Positions 28,881 through 38,724 of a stretch of DNA of 64,000 bases are shown here, in pieces. Origin of the DNA: an uncultured Anaerotruncus sp. (GTDB lineage Bacteria; Bacillota; Clostridia; Oscillospirales; CAG-272); assembly GCA_902461815.1 (NCBI GenBank), contig CABPZE010000003.1:10544-74543 (forward strand). Direction: 5' to 3'. Made by a program: the position numbers and the translations under genes. Every line of letters starts with the position of its first letter. Positions within the stretch are counted from its first letter, which is position 1. The notes beneath the pieces were generated by a model. It was not told the origin of the DNA. It ran no database searches and saw only the letters and a list, made by a program, of their open reading frames with translations.

Positions 28881-28954
28881 GGCTGAGGAAAACTCCGGTG
28901 CAAAAAATCCGCCGCGCGCCGTTATCGTCAGATTGTACAAAGGAGGCAAAATAA

Positions 28955-29632
28955 GTGACTCGGACAGCCAACCGCCGCCTAATTATTGCAGCGTCAGTAA
29001 CGCTTGCATTGCTTATCGTCGCGCTTGGAGCAGTGCTTGCGGTAAAAGAGATGACACGTGTACACTATTCCTCCGACTTCGGCTTTGAAGACATAAGAAG
29101 CCCGCTTGACGCCGACGGCGACGGTGTGGACGATTACACCGATATAAAGGACGGCGCGCTTGCCTACATAGCGACCGACCCTGTCTACGGCAGCAAATAC
29201 TACGCCGGGGGCTACCCCGACGACGGTCAGGGCGTGTGCACCGACGTTATCTGGAACGCCTTTGCCGCCGCCGGCTACGATCTCAAATCGCTGGTTGACC
29301 GCGACATCGCGGACAACCCCGACGCATATCCGGAAATTGAAAAGCCCGACCCCAACATCGACTTCCGCCGCGTGCGCAACCTGCGTATATTCTTCGAGCG
29401 GAACGCCGAATCCCTGCCGCTCGATTTCAAAAACCCCTCCGATTGGCAGCCGGGTGACATAGTAGTGTTCGAGGGGCATATCGGCATCTGCTCTGATAAG
29501 CGCAACTTCCGCGGCGTGCCCTACCTTATCCACCACGGCAACATAGTAAGCGGAGCTGTCGAGGCGGACGAAATGAGATACTTCACCGTCGTCGGTCACT
29601 ACCGCTGGCATCCCGGTAACGAAGATCGGTAA
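28955..29632 (+). CDS. DUF1287 domain protein
   Basis: 225 aa with GTG start and AGGAGG 8 nt upstream. N-terminal TM. Motifs GVCTDVIWNAF, DPNIDFRRVRNL, WQPGDIVVF, IHH. Confidence 0.75.
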   Translation: MTRTANRRLIIAASVTLALLIVALGAVLAVKEMTRVHYSSDFGFEDIRSPLDADGDGVDDYTDIKDGALAYIATDPVYGSKYYAGGYPDDGQGVCTDVIWNAFAAAGYDLKSLVDRDIADNPDAYPEIEKPDPNIDFRRVRNLRIFFERNAESLPLDFKNPSDWQPGDIVVFEGHIGICSDKRNFRGVPYLIHHGNIVSGAVEADEMRYFTVVGHYRWHPGNEDR

Positions 29633-29811
29633 ACGCGGAATTACCGGAAAAAAGGGATTATGTTAAATCATAATTGCTGCTGTTTCTTTTGACGTTTGAA
29701 CGCACCGCAGGCTCCCTTAAAGAGATGGGCTTTTTTGTGCCTGCAAATGATCAAGCGTCGTTTTACGCAGTAGGGCTGGGGCTTGCTCCCGCCGGGATGA
29801 ACGAAACAAAT

Positions 29812-29849
29812 AAATAATGCTGCGGCGCAAAAGCGCCGCAGCATTATTT
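29812..29849. terminator. Bidirectional terminator (17-bp perfect stem)
   Basis: AAATAATGCTGCGGCGC-AAAA-GCGCCGCAGCATTATTT between convergent genes. Confidence 0.8.
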
Positions 29850-29885
29850 GTTTATCAAGGGATATAATTAATTATGTAGTTTTTC

Positions 29886-31706
29886 TCAGCCTGCTATATC
29901 GAAATCAACCATGACCGGGCAATGGTCGGACGAGATGAGGGCGTATTGCAGCTTTATCACATCAAACAGGCGGGCTGTCAGCTTGTCGCCGTTATAGACA
30001 AGGGCGTGGTCTATTGCGCCATTGTAATCTCCTTTCGGGGCATTCAGCTTCAGATACAGACCCGCGCTTTCGTCCCATTCGGGATAGAGGTGGCTGGTCT
30101 TGCTGTCCTCGGTCTTTTCGGCTATCTTCTGAAAATCCACCATTCCGCCCTTCAGAAGATTCTGGAACGGCGTGGTGGGGTATTTGCAGTTCAGGTCGCC
30201 GCCCGATATCACGGGGCAATTGTACTTCTGCACGATGCTGCGGTTGACCTCAAGGAGCTGCTCTGCGTCAAGTATACGCGCCGCCTCCGCCTCTGCCTTG
30301 TAGTAAAAGTGAGTTGAACATACGGCAAATCTCTTGCCGTTTGAAATATCCTCAAATACCGCCCAGGTTATGGACTTTGATTTGTCGTTCGCTCCGTCGG
30401 AGTACAGGTGATACCCGCTGTCAATGACCTTGAGCCTGTCTTTATTGTAGAAAAGCGGAGTGTAGTTTGTTTTGTTGGAGTTGGTTACCGTTACCGCCAC
30501 CTCGGCGTAGCTGTATTTTGCCAACGTGGGAACAACGCTTGAGGAGCCGCGGCTGTTTGCCGAGCATTCCTGAAGTCCTATTACATCCGGCTTAAGTACG
30601 GTAAGCACCTCTGCCGCCGTCTGATTGCGCTGAGGGGTAGGCACGACGGAGGTATCGCAGTTGCCGAGAATGTTGAAGAAGATAGCGCGGTACTCGCCGT
30701 ATTTTTCCTCAGAATACTTTGCCTCCGGTTCGGGCGAGCCGTCGCCGGACGCGGTGTAATCCGCACCTATTTCAACATTCCCGCCGGTAAAGAGCGTTTT
30801 TGAAAGGTAGGTGTAAAGGTTCATGTAGCCGAACAGATTTTCAGCGCCGAAGCAAAGCGCGCCGTCGGCTACCGTTCCCTGCCACGCGCCGAGAGACGCG
30901 CCCGAAAGCTCCACGCCGCCGCGCGAGGTCTTGCCTATGCGTATTTCGTGTCCGGTGCTGTTTGCCTTGTCGCTTATTACCGGAAGGATAAAGCCCGCCG
31001 TGTCGGCAAGGTAATTTGAAAGCAGTATTGCGGTTCGTTTTGCGGAGAAAAGTCCGTCGGAGGGATAAACTATTGAGTATTCCTCAAGAGGCGTGCCGAG
31101 TATCTTACAGTCGGTGACGCTGTAGCCTGAATAAACATGGACCTTTGAATCCTCCGGCTGCATAATTATCGACACAAAATCCTTCCCCACTACCTGCGGA
31201 AGCAATACGGTGTCAATAAAGACATTTACCGCCTGAAAAGTCATCTCGGGAGTCGTGCCGGCAAGCACTATCTTGTTGCCGTAGATTCCGATAACGTAAT
31301 CCTTTGTCCTCAGTCCCTTTACCGCGCTTGAGGATATTTCGCGGTTGGTCGCGCCCACAAGTATCTCATATGAATCGGCGCTTTCGGGAGCAAGCACATC
31401 GTCGACAGCTTCAAATTCCAGCCCCGTGTACTTTGAAAGCTCACGTGCAAGAATGGAGGACGCCTTGAACTCGTCGCCCTCGGCACGCGAGGAGCGTATG
31501 ACGGTAAATTTACTTTTTCCGTCCGCGAAGATGGTCATAGGCTGTTCGGCGGCAATGACCTCGGTGGTCTCACCCGGCGCGTCGGAGCTGACATCCCCCT
31601 CTCCCCTGTTGCAGGCACTGAGTGCTGCCGGGGCTATGAGGAGAGTAAGCGCCAGCAGTGCGGCGATGATTCTCGGTACTGATTTCTGGCAGGCGATTTT
31701 TTTCAT
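29886..31706 (-). CDS. Secreted lipoprotein: N-terminal shared module + endonuclease/exonuclease/phosphatase (EEP) domain
   Basis: 606 aa with lipobox LSAC. EEP motifs IGLQEC and SDHCPVMVDFDI. AAGGAG SD. Confidence 0.8.
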   Translation of the reverse strand: MKKIACQKSVPRIIAALLALTLLIAPAALSACNRGEGDVSSDAPGETTEVIAAEQPMTIFADGKSKFTVIRSSRAEGDEFKASSILARELSKYTGLEFEAVDDVLAPESADSYEILVGATNREISSSAVKGLRTKDYVIGIYGNKIVLAGTTPEMTFQAVNVFIDTVLLPQVVGKDFVSIIMQPEDSKVHVYSGYSVTDCKILGTPLEEYSIVYPSDGLFSAKRTAILLSNYLADTAGFILPVISDKANSTGHEIRIGKTSRGGVELSGASLGAWQGTVADGALCFGAENLFGYMNLYTYLSKTLFTGGNVEIGADYTASGDGSPEPEAKYSEEKYGEYRAIFFNILGNCDTSVVPTPQRNQTAAEVLTVLKPDVIGLQECSANSRGSSSVVPTLAKYSYAEVAVTVTNSNKTNYTPLFYNKDRLKVIDSGYHLYSDGANDKSKSITWAVFEDISNGKRFAVCSTHFYYKAEAEAARILDAEQLLEVNRSIVQKYNCPVISGGDLNCKYPTTPFQNLLKGGMVDFQKIAEKTEDSKTSHLYPEWDESAGLYLKLNAPKGDYNGAIDHALVYNGDKLTARLFDVIKLQYALISSDHCPVMVDFDIAG

Positions 31707-31737
31707 TTCGGTCTCCTTGTTTATCTTGAATTATTTT

Positions 31738-31779
31738 GTTTATAGTTTATCGTTTATAGTTTATCGTTTATAGGTTATC
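31738..31779. repeat. Tandem heptamer array (GTTTATA/GTTTATC, six units)
   Basis: GTTTATAGTTTATC x2 then GTTTATAGGTTATC, plus an isolated GTTTATC at 31719-31725. Lies 31-73 nt upstream of the EEP gene ATG and overlaps the kinase gene stop. Confidence 0.85.
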
Positions 31780-32715
31780 ACCGGCAACACGGCGGGGTCT
31801 GTCCGCCAGGCTGCCGAGCAGGGATTCAAGTATTACTCCGTTGCGCACCGGTTCGTCCGCTCCGCAGTCAATGGTATTACGGACGCAATCGGCGGAAAAG
31901 CGCGAGGCGGAGACGGCAGCCTCGCCGAGCGCAAGCCCCTCAAGCAGACTGCCAAGCAGCACCGAGGCAAAGATATCGCCGGTGCCGGGGTAATCGCGTT
32001 CGATGCGCGGCTGTAAGAACACCGAAAGCTCCCCATTTCCGCCTGACGAAGCGTCGCAGGAAACGGTCGCGAGCTTTTTCCCGCCGTCGCACCGTATTCC
32101 GGTGATAACAACGCGGCGCAGTCTGCTGCCGCGCGACATGCCGAGAAGATCATCGGCAAGGAGTCTGCCCAGCCTTTCGGGGTCGGAATCTGACAGCTCA
32201 AGCGCCTCGCGGTAGGTCATACCGGAAAGCAGACACGCCTCGGTGACGTTTGGGGTTATAACATCCGCACTGACGCACAGCCGCCGCATAGCGGCGATAA
32301 GCTCCGGAGTGCAGGTGTGGTATAGCTCGCCGTCGTCCCCCATTACCGGGTCGACAAGTACAAGCGGAGTGCCTCCGCTGCCGTCGTCAGCGCCGAAGCG
32401 CTCGATAAACTGACCTATAAGCGCCGCCTGACGCGCACTGCCAAGAAATCCGGTGTAGACTGCGTCAAACTTCAGCCCTATGCGCATGAAGTGGTCGGAG
32501 ATACCGCAGAGCGCGTCGTCAAGCTCCTGAAAATACATTCCGGAAAAGCCGCCGGTGTGCGTTGAAAGCAGTGCGGTGGGTATCGGCACACACTGTACCC
32601 CCATGGCGGAAAGCACCGGGTCGATGACGGTAAGCGCACACCTGCCGAAGCAGGAAAGATCGTGCAGTGCCGCGGCACGCGGCACCTTTTTACTCTTTTT
32701 ATCCGTTTTATTCAT
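31768..32715 (-). CDS. Pyridoxal/pyridoxamine kinase family protein
   Basis: Start set to the ATG at 32715 (MNKTDKK), which removes the overlap with the PBP gene. Motif ALHDLSCFGRCALTVIDPVLSAMGVQ is typical of this kinase family. Confidence 0.7.
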   Translation of the reverse strand: MNKTDKKSKKVPRAAALHDLSCFGRCALTVIDPVLSAMGVQCVPIPTALLSTHTGGFSGMYFQELDDALCGISDHFMRIGLKFDAVYTGFLGSARQAALIGQFIERFGADDGSGGTPLVLVDPVMGDDGELYHTCTPELIAAMRRLCVSADVITPNVTEACLLSGMTYREALELSDSDPERLGRLLADDLLGMSRGSRLRRVVITGIRCDGGKKLATVSCDASSGGNGELSVFLQPRIERDYPGTGDIFASVLLGSLLEGLALGEAAVSASRFSADCVRNTIDCGADEPVRNGVILESLLGSLADRPRRVAGDNL

Positions 32716-32737
32716 CTGGATCTGATGCACCTCATGT

Positions 32738-34933
32738 TCAGCCGGCAGTCCCATCCGGCGCTTTGTTTTCGGTGAATCCGAAATAGCTGTTGAATACCTG
32801 TTTTGCGCCCATTGCGGCATAATATCCGTTCACACCATGCTCGATAACGCAGGAAAAGACTATTTCCGGGTCATCAAACGGGGCGAACGCCGCAAAAACA
32901 CAGTTATCGACCGAGCCGTCTCCGACCTGCGCCGTACCGGTCTTGGCTCCCACCTTTACCGGATAGTCGGCAAGATAGCGGGAGGTCATTGACGTGGGAC
33001 TGCTGACGACAAGCCCCATTCCGTCCATAACCGTCTTGTATGTGCTGTCGCTCATATCAAAGCTCGCCGCGATCTCAGGGTCGGGGGAATAAATTATCCT
33101 TCCGGTGTGGAACTCACGCACCGAGCCGAGCAGGTGCGCCGAGTAGCGCACTCCCTGATTTACTATCATCGACATATAGCAGGAGATCTGAAGCGGGTTG
33201 AAGCTGTTATATCCCTGACCTATCGCGGTGGCGATAACACGTCCCGCAGTCCATTCAAGCCCGTTGTCCCGCGCGTATTCGGGGTCGGCAAGCACGCCGG
33301 TGTTTTCAACATCGGTAAGCTCGATCCCGGTCGGCTGACCGAAGCCGTAGAGCCGGCAGTATTTGTTTATGGTGTCGATGGTCAGAAGTCTCCCCATCTC
33401 AAAGAAAAAGACGTTGCAGGAAGCGCCGATGGCGTGTGTGGCGTCAAGGTCGCCGTGTCCCCAGATGTTCCAGCACTTTGGCTGATAGTCGTCGTAGTAG
33501 GTATACTGACCCGAGCAGTGAACTGTGGAGGACGGACTTACGATATGCTCCGAGAGCGCCGCGACCGCAATACCGACCTTGAAGGTCGAGCCGGGGGGAT
33601 ATGTACCCGACAGGGCGCGGTTCACAAGAGGCGCGCGGGGGTCGGAGGAAAGCGCTTCGTAATTCTGGCTGAAGGTCGAAAGGTCATAGGTCGGATTTGA
33701 GGCGAGAGCGAGCACCTCTCCGGTCTTGGGATTTATCACCGTCATTGCGCCCGCGCGGGCAAGAGAGCCGTTTTTTATGGCGTTCTGCACCACGGCGTCG
33801 GTGCTTGACGCCTCCGTGTCGAGAATGTACGCTATATTTTCGGCAAGCGCCTGCTCGGTCGCCGCCTGAAGCTCAATGTCGATGGTCAGCCATATATCGT
33901 TGCCCGCCTGCGGCTCTTTTGATACATACGTATCTATTACGTGTCCCTCGGAATCCTCAACGATAACGCGCTCGCCGTCCATACCGCGCAGGTACTGCTC
34001 GAACGCTTTTTCAACGCCCGAAACGCCCACTTTGGCATTCGGCGCATAGCCATGCTCCGCGTATTCCTCGGCTGATGAGATGGGTATACTTCCGACACGA
34101 CCAAGAATATGCGAGGCGATGCCGGGATAGTGGTAGACGCGCGACACGGTGGTCTTTATCATCGCGCCTTCAATTTCATGCTCGGCAACGTATGTGATAA
34201 GCTCCTCGCTTACATCCTCTGCTATCGTAAGCGGCTGAGCCTTTGCAAAGCGGATTACCTCCATCTCATACCGGACGCGCAGTACGGTGGTTATCTCCTC
34301 GTAGGTGTAAAGCGGGCGACCGTCGTCGTCGGTGTTTACCCTGCCGCGGCTGTCAAGGATGCGGCATTTTCTTGCCAGCTTTTCTATCACCTCGTAGGCG
34401 CTCGCGTCGGTGTCAAGCTCAAGGGCTTTTTTTACTCGCGCAAGTCTTGCGCGCAGATTTTCATCGGACAGCTTTTCAGGGTCATAGACTATGTTTGGAT
34501 AGCTGCCGCTGAATACCCAGCTGTCGCCGCAGCGCTTATCCTCGCATCCCGTTGCGCTGAGCGCCTGCATTACGGCTATGATACTGCGGTTTCCTGCCGT
34601 GTATGTATCGGGCATCGTACCGTAGTTCAGCACCAGCGAATAGCTGTAATCGTTTGTGACAAGCGCCTTGCCGTTGCGGTCAAATATCTCGCCGCGCATA
34701 GCCTCTATCGGTTCGGTGCGTTCAGTCTCGGTTTCCGTCCGTCTTTTTGTCGGCTCGTAGTTAAGCTGAATGCTTGCTATCGAGACGATGTAAAGCACCG
34801 AGATAAGAATAAAGGCAACGGCAATTACGGTATAGCGGTTGCTGAACTGCCGCCGCGTGCCCTGAGAGTCGTTATCGCGCGGCTTGCGCTCGCCGTCGGG
34901 ACGTCCGTCGCCGTGATTGCCGTGACCCGTCAT
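32738..34933 (-). CDS. mrdA: Penicillin-binding protein 2 (class B transpeptidase)
   Basis: 731 aa with N-terminal TM. Motifs STFK (PPGSTFKV), SCN and KTGT. Sits in the mre block. Confidence 0.85.
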   Translation of the reverse strand: MTGHGNHGDGRPDGERKPRDNDSQGTRRQFSNRYTVIAVAFILISVLYIVSIASIQLNYEPTKRRTETETERTEPIEAMRGEIFDRNGKALVTNDYSYSLVLNYGTMPDTYTAGNRSIIAVMQALSATGCEDKRCGDSWVFSGSYPNIVYDPEKLSDENLRARLARVKKALELDTDASAYEVIEKLARKCRILDSRGRVNTDDDGRPLYTYEEITTVLRVRYEMEVIRFAKAQPLTIAEDVSEELITYVAEHEIEGAMIKTTVSRVYHYPGIASHILGRVGSIPISSAEEYAEHGYAPNAKVGVSGVEKAFEQYLRGMDGERVIVEDSEGHVIDTYVSKEPQAGNDIWLTIDIELQAATEQALAENIAYILDTEASSTDAVVQNAIKNGSLARAGAMTVINPKTGEVLALASNPTYDLSTFSQNYEALSSDPRAPLVNRALSGTYPPGSTFKVGIAVAALSEHIVSPSSTVHCSGQYTYYDDYQPKCWNIWGHGDLDATHAIGASCNVFFFEMGRLLTIDTINKYCRLYGFGQPTGIELTDVENTGVLADPEYARDNGLEWTAGRVIATAIGQGYNSFNPLQISCYMSMIVNQGVRYSAHLLGSVREFHTGRIIYSPDPEIAASFDMSDSTYKTVMDGMGLVVSSPTSMTSRYLADYPVKVGAKTGTAQVGDGSVDNCVFAAFAPFDDPEIVFSCVIEHGVNGYYAAMGAKQVFNSYFGFTENKAPDGTAG

Positions 34934-34988
34934 TGCCGTTTTCTCCTTTCATAAGCTGTGAAACGTATAAATGCGCAAAATATTTTTG

Positions 34989-36113
34989 TCAGCCGCGTAT
35001 AAAGAAGCTGAGTGCTATTATCAGAGCCATAGCCGCGGCGTAAAGTATCATTCCCACGTTAAGGAATATCACCTCGCCCCGGCGTTCCTTCGGGATCACC
35101 GTTTCTGCGGGCGGACAGGGGGACAGCGTAAATTTTCTCCGCTCAGAGATGAAAAGGTACATTCCCACAAAAGCCACTCCGATGAGAGAAAAGCTCCACG
35201 CAAGTATAAGCATCATCGGCGTTATCAGCGGCATGAAGGTCTTCATATATTCAATGAGCTGCTCCGTCGGAAGCTGTGCCGTGCTGCCCGCAAGCTGAAG
35301 CTCGTTCGTCATTTCAAGCAGACGCTGGTATCCGTCTCCGTTCAAAAGCCAGCGCATGAGCATTGATGGGACAAAGCCGCCGATAAAGTTTACCACCATG
35401 TGCAGCAGGGCGGTCAGGCGCAGGCTTCCGGTGCGGAGGTAAATGAAGGCAAAGAAAAGTCCCACTGCGAAGGCATAGAAGAACTGCTGGAGATTCCCGT
35501 GGCAAAGCCCGAAAATTAGAGCCGACGTAAGCATTGCCGCCGACGCACCGTATTTTGAGACACGGTCAATTATCAGCTTGCGGAACAAGAGCTCCTCAAG
35601 CAGCGGACCAAGAATAACCACAACGGCGAACATAACTATCGGGTTTGAACTGAACATTATATCGTCAAGCCCCGAAAGGGAGGAACGTCCCGTAAATATC
35701 GAGAAGAAAGAGTTTACGGTGTTGCCGACAAGGTTGCCGACCTCCATAAGCCCTATGCAGATAACGACCGCGCAGAAAAATTCATATCCGCTCATACGCC
35801 GCGGCTTTTCGGTCGCCTCACCCGTCGCAGGAGCGAGCCGCCGGGGAATTGCGCGCATGATGAGCGCCGCCGCCGGCATTGCAAAAATATAAAGGACTCC
35901 GCTTCCTGACAGCCAGTAAAACCACTCGGTGGCGGCAAAGTCCGGAAAATATCTGCCGCCCAGATATGCAAGTCCGTTTGAAAGCAGATACTGCACCGCC
36001 GTCATGACGAAAAAAGCGATTCCGAGCAGATTGAAGTCCCGTTTTGCCGTGCGCATGGGATCCGGGGACGGCTGTGCCTCGGGTCTTGATCCATTTTCGT
36101 TCATGTTACTCAT
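34989..36113 (-). CDS. CPBP (CAAX) family intramembrane protease
   Basis: 374 aa, polytopic. Motifs EELLFRK, FGLCHGN, LHMVVNF. Confidence 0.8.
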   Translation of the reverse strand: MSNMNENGSRPEAQPSPDPMRTAKRDFNLLGIAFFVMTAVQYLLSNGLAYLGGRYFPDFAATEWFYWLSGSGVLYIFAMPAAALIMRAIPRRLAPATGEATEKPRRMSGYEFFCAVVICIGLMEVGNLVGNTVNSFFSIFTGRSSLSGLDDIMFSSNPIVMFAVVVILGPLLEELLFRKLIIDRVSKYGASAAMLTSALIFGLCHGNLQQFFYAFAVGLFFAFIYLRTGSLRLTALLHMVVNFIGGFVPSMLMRWLLNGDGYQRLLEMTNELQLAGSTAQLPTEQLIEYMKTFMPLITPMMLILAWSFSLIGVAFVGMYLFISERRKFTLSPCPPAETVIPKERRGEVIFLNVGMILYAAAMALIIALSFFIRG

Positions 36114-36164
36114 TTTATCCTTTCATATTTCAGCTTTCAGCTTTCATCATGCTGTGGGACACGA

Positions 36165-36716
36165 TCAGCTCATTTCGGTCGAGCGGTGGAACGGGCGGCA
36201 AAGCAGCCGCACAAGAAAATAAAACGGAAGCGCAAAAATATACGAGCCGGCAAATTCGGGAAGTATCACTTCCGAAAATGCGGTGATGAAGTTGAAGGAG
36301 GCGCTTGCGGCGGCAATGCAGATAAGCGTAAGCGCCGAGCGCGTCATGCAGGCGCAAAAGCATATCACCACCCACGATGGCAGGTTTTTACCGAACCAGG
36401 TTTTTACGACTATCCCCCCGATATAGCCCACAAGCATATAAAACAGGGGGGATATCATAAGCCCCGAACCGCCAAGCGCGTCGGACAGCACACCTGCCCA
36501 GACGCCCATTACCGCTCCGGTCCTTTCGCCGTCAAAGACTGCAAGCCCCAGGACAAGCGCCATAAGAAGATCCGGCGTTGCGGAAAATAGTCTGACCTTT
36601 GTGAAAAACGAGACCTGAAGGATACCGGTAATGAATACCGTCGCCGCAAAAAGGGCGTACTTTAGCACTGCGCGCGACGAGGATATGTCATCACGCGGCT
36701 GTTTGCTGAATTCCAT
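36165..36716 (-). CDS. mreD: Rod shape-determining protein MreD
   Basis: 183 aa, polytopic, AGGAGG SD. Assigned from its position in the mre block and small hydrophobic character. Confidence 0.7.
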   Translation of the reverse strand: MEFSKQPRDDISSSRAVLKYALFAATVFITGILQVSFFTKVRLFSATPDLLMALVLGLAVFDGERTGAVMGVWAGVLSDALGGSGLMISPLFYMLVGYIGGIVVKTWFGKNLPSWVVICFCACMTRSALTLICIAAASASFNFITAFSEVILPEFAGSYIFALPFYFLVRLLCRPFHRSTEMS

Positions 36717-36774
36717 CCCGGACCTCCTTACTGCTAAGTATCAGACCTGTGCGTTCTTTGAGTCTGCCGACGTA

Positions 36775-37803
36775 TTACTGTTGTACAAAGGTTGGAACCA
36801 CCCTGCGCCCGCCGTCCTCGGCGCTTTCGCGTATAGCTTCAATAAGGCGGATGGTGTTGTATGCGCTGACGGGTGTGTTCTTTATGTTCTCGCCGCCGTT
36901 TTCAATGAGGTCAAGCAGATAGCTTATCTCACCGGCGATGCCGGCATCCGGGTGACGGTATTCAGGCTCGTAAGGCTCGGAGCCGTCGGCAGGGTAGACT
37001 GTCAGCTTGCCGCCGTCCAGTATCACGCTTGCCTTTTCAAAGCCCACGCGGTAGGACATATTGAATTTTACTCCGCGCAGCGTCCAGTCTCCAAGGCATG
37101 TTACCGGGAAGTCATATCCCAGCGTGACGTGCGAGCAGTCGAATTTGGTGTATTTGCTTGAGGCGCGGCATTCCGCCCATTCCGGCTCGCCGAAAAGCCA
37201 GCGCGCCATGTCGATATCATGTATCTGCATATCGGTGATAACTCCGCCCGCCTTTTCATAATCCCAGTACCAGTTCTGCCACGACCACCGGGGAATGCCG
37301 GAAAGACGTTGGAATACGGCGCTTGTCACCTTGCCGAAGCGCCCGTCATCAACACACGCTTTCAGATATTCGTACTCCGGATAAAAATGCAGGCACTGAC
37401 CTATCATCAGATACTTACCGTCGGCTTTTACCTTGTCCCACGCGGCAAGCATACGCTCGCAGTCGGCGCTGCAGAGCGCCATCGGCTTTTCGGAAAGCAC
37501 ATGATATCCGCGCCCGAGCATTTTAACTGCTGTGTCTGCGTGCAGGAAGGAGGGCAGGCAGATATCCACAAGGTCAATATCCTCGTTGCGCAGCATCTCG
37601 TCGCAGTCAACATAGACATTGAAGTCCCCGCCGGCTACCTCGGCGGCGTCCTCAAGATTTATTTTGATGCGGCGCTTTACCTGTTCGGGGTCAATATCGC
37701 AGACCGCGACCAGTTTTTCCCTTCCCTCGGCTTCAAATTTCAGATGAGCGCTTTTGTGGCTCTGGGCGATACCGCCGTAGCCTATCATTGCAACTTTAAC
37801 CAT
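36775..37803 (-). CDS. Gfo/Idh/MocA family oxidoreductase
   Basis: 342 aa with MVKVAMIGYGGIA Rossmann start and an EKP motif. Confidence 0.85.
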   Translation of the reverse strand: MVKVAMIGYGGIAQSHKSAHLKFEAEGREKLVAVCDIDPEQVKRRIKINLEDAAEVAGGDFNVYVDCDEMLRNEDIDLVDICLPSFLHADTAVKMLGRGYHVLSEKPMALCSADCERMLAAWDKVKADGKYLMIGQCLHFYPEYEYLKACVDDGRFGKVTSAVFQRLSGIPRWSWQNWYWDYEKAGGVITDMQIHDIDMARWLFGEPEWAECRASSKYTKFDCSHVTLGYDFPVTCLGDWTLRGVKFNMSYRVGFEKASVILDGGKLTVYPADGSEPYEPEYRHPDAGIAGEISYLLDLIENGGENIKNTPVSAYNTIRLIEAIRESAEDGGRRVVPTFVQQ

Positions 37804-37827
37804 GTCAAAAACCCCTTTGCTTGTTAT

Positions 37828-38664
37828 TTACTCGGAATAAATTGTATAATCCTTTATTATCATTACCTTGACAAGTGATGAGTAATCCACCTTCGGCTGT
37901 ACGACTGCGGTAAGCGTGCGGCTGTACGGGTCGGCGTCTACCGACACCACCTCGCCGACGAACAGTCCGCGCGGGTATATGCTGCCAAGCCCCGAGGTAA
38001 GCACACGGTCGCCCTCGTGAACGTCGGCGTCCGCAGGCAGGCGGATCATGCGGCACTTCCCTTCAAAACGCAGCTCATAGCTGCCCTCGATAAGCCCCAG
38101 CTCTCCCGAACGCTCAATGTACGCGCCCACGGCTGAGGCTGTTTCAATTATTGACACCGCCCGGCACCATGTCGGACCGACCTCGGTGACATACCCGACC
38201 ACACCGTCCTCGGTAATGACGGGCATATTCACCTTGATGTCGTGCATCGTTCCTTTTGATAAGGTATACACCGTACTGTAATTTCCTGATTCCCTGCCTA
38301 TGACCGACGCTTCCTCAAACAAAAAGTCGCTGTGCTCTTTTTTAAGCCCGAGGTAATCGCTCAGCCACTTGTTTTCTTCTTCAAGCATCTTTGCGTTGTA
38401 TATGCGGTCGCGGTAGTCGTCAAGCTGTGCGCGCAGCTCCTCGTTTTCCTTCTGTAGGTCGGAGAGCTTTTGGAAATAGACCGAAAAGCCCGAAAGCCCC
38501 TCACCTATCTTGGTAAACGCCCAGCTGAAGGGCTGCGCGGCGGTCTGCAATGCCTTGCGCACATACGAGCCTTGTCCCATTGCGCAAAGCACTGTCGGAA
38601 CTATCGACAAAAGCAGCGCCACGACAAGGGTTATTATGAAAAATTTATTTTTGAAGAATTTCAT
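37828..38664 (-). CDS. mreC: Rod shape-determining protein MreC
   Basis: 278 aa with N-terminal TM, coiled coil, and C-terminal beta domains (GLGSIYPRGLFVGEV). Confidence 0.85.
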   Translation of the reverse strand: MKFFKNKFFIITLVVALLLSIVPTVLCAMGQGSYVRKALQTAAQPFSWAFTKIGEGLSGFSVYFQKLSDLQKENEELRAQLDDYRDRIYNAKMLEEENKWLSDYLGLKKEHSDFLFEEASVIGRESGNYSTVYTLSKGTMHDIKVNMPVITEDGVVGYVTEVGPTWCRAVSIIETASAVGAYIERSGELGLIEGSYELRFEGKCRMIRLPADADVHEGDRVLTSGLGSIYPRGLFVGEVVSVDADPYSRTLTAVVQPKVDYSSLVKVMIIKDYTIYSE

Positions 38665-38724
38665 TTTTGCCGCGTAGCTCCCCTCAGAATTTTCCGACTG
38701 CGTGCAGGCTAAAGAAAAAGCCTC

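Noticed and set aside
28682-28954. Possible replication origin, because of the DnaA-box-like motifs.
   Set aside because: There are only two good boxes, no dnaA/dnaN nearby, and no clear AT-rich unwinding element with multiple box orientations. I kept it only as a regulatory-motif finding.
31738-31779. CRISPR-like array (also considered for 56749-56769 and 36128-36148).
   Set aside because: The units are 7 bp with no spacers and no cas genes. These are simple tandem repeats.
36121-36150. CTTTCAG CTTTCAG CTTTCAT triple heptamer between mreD and the CPBP gene.
   Set aside because: It is short and imperfect. On the coding strand it reads as GAAAG purine-rich SD-like sequence. It is probably just the ribosome-binding region.
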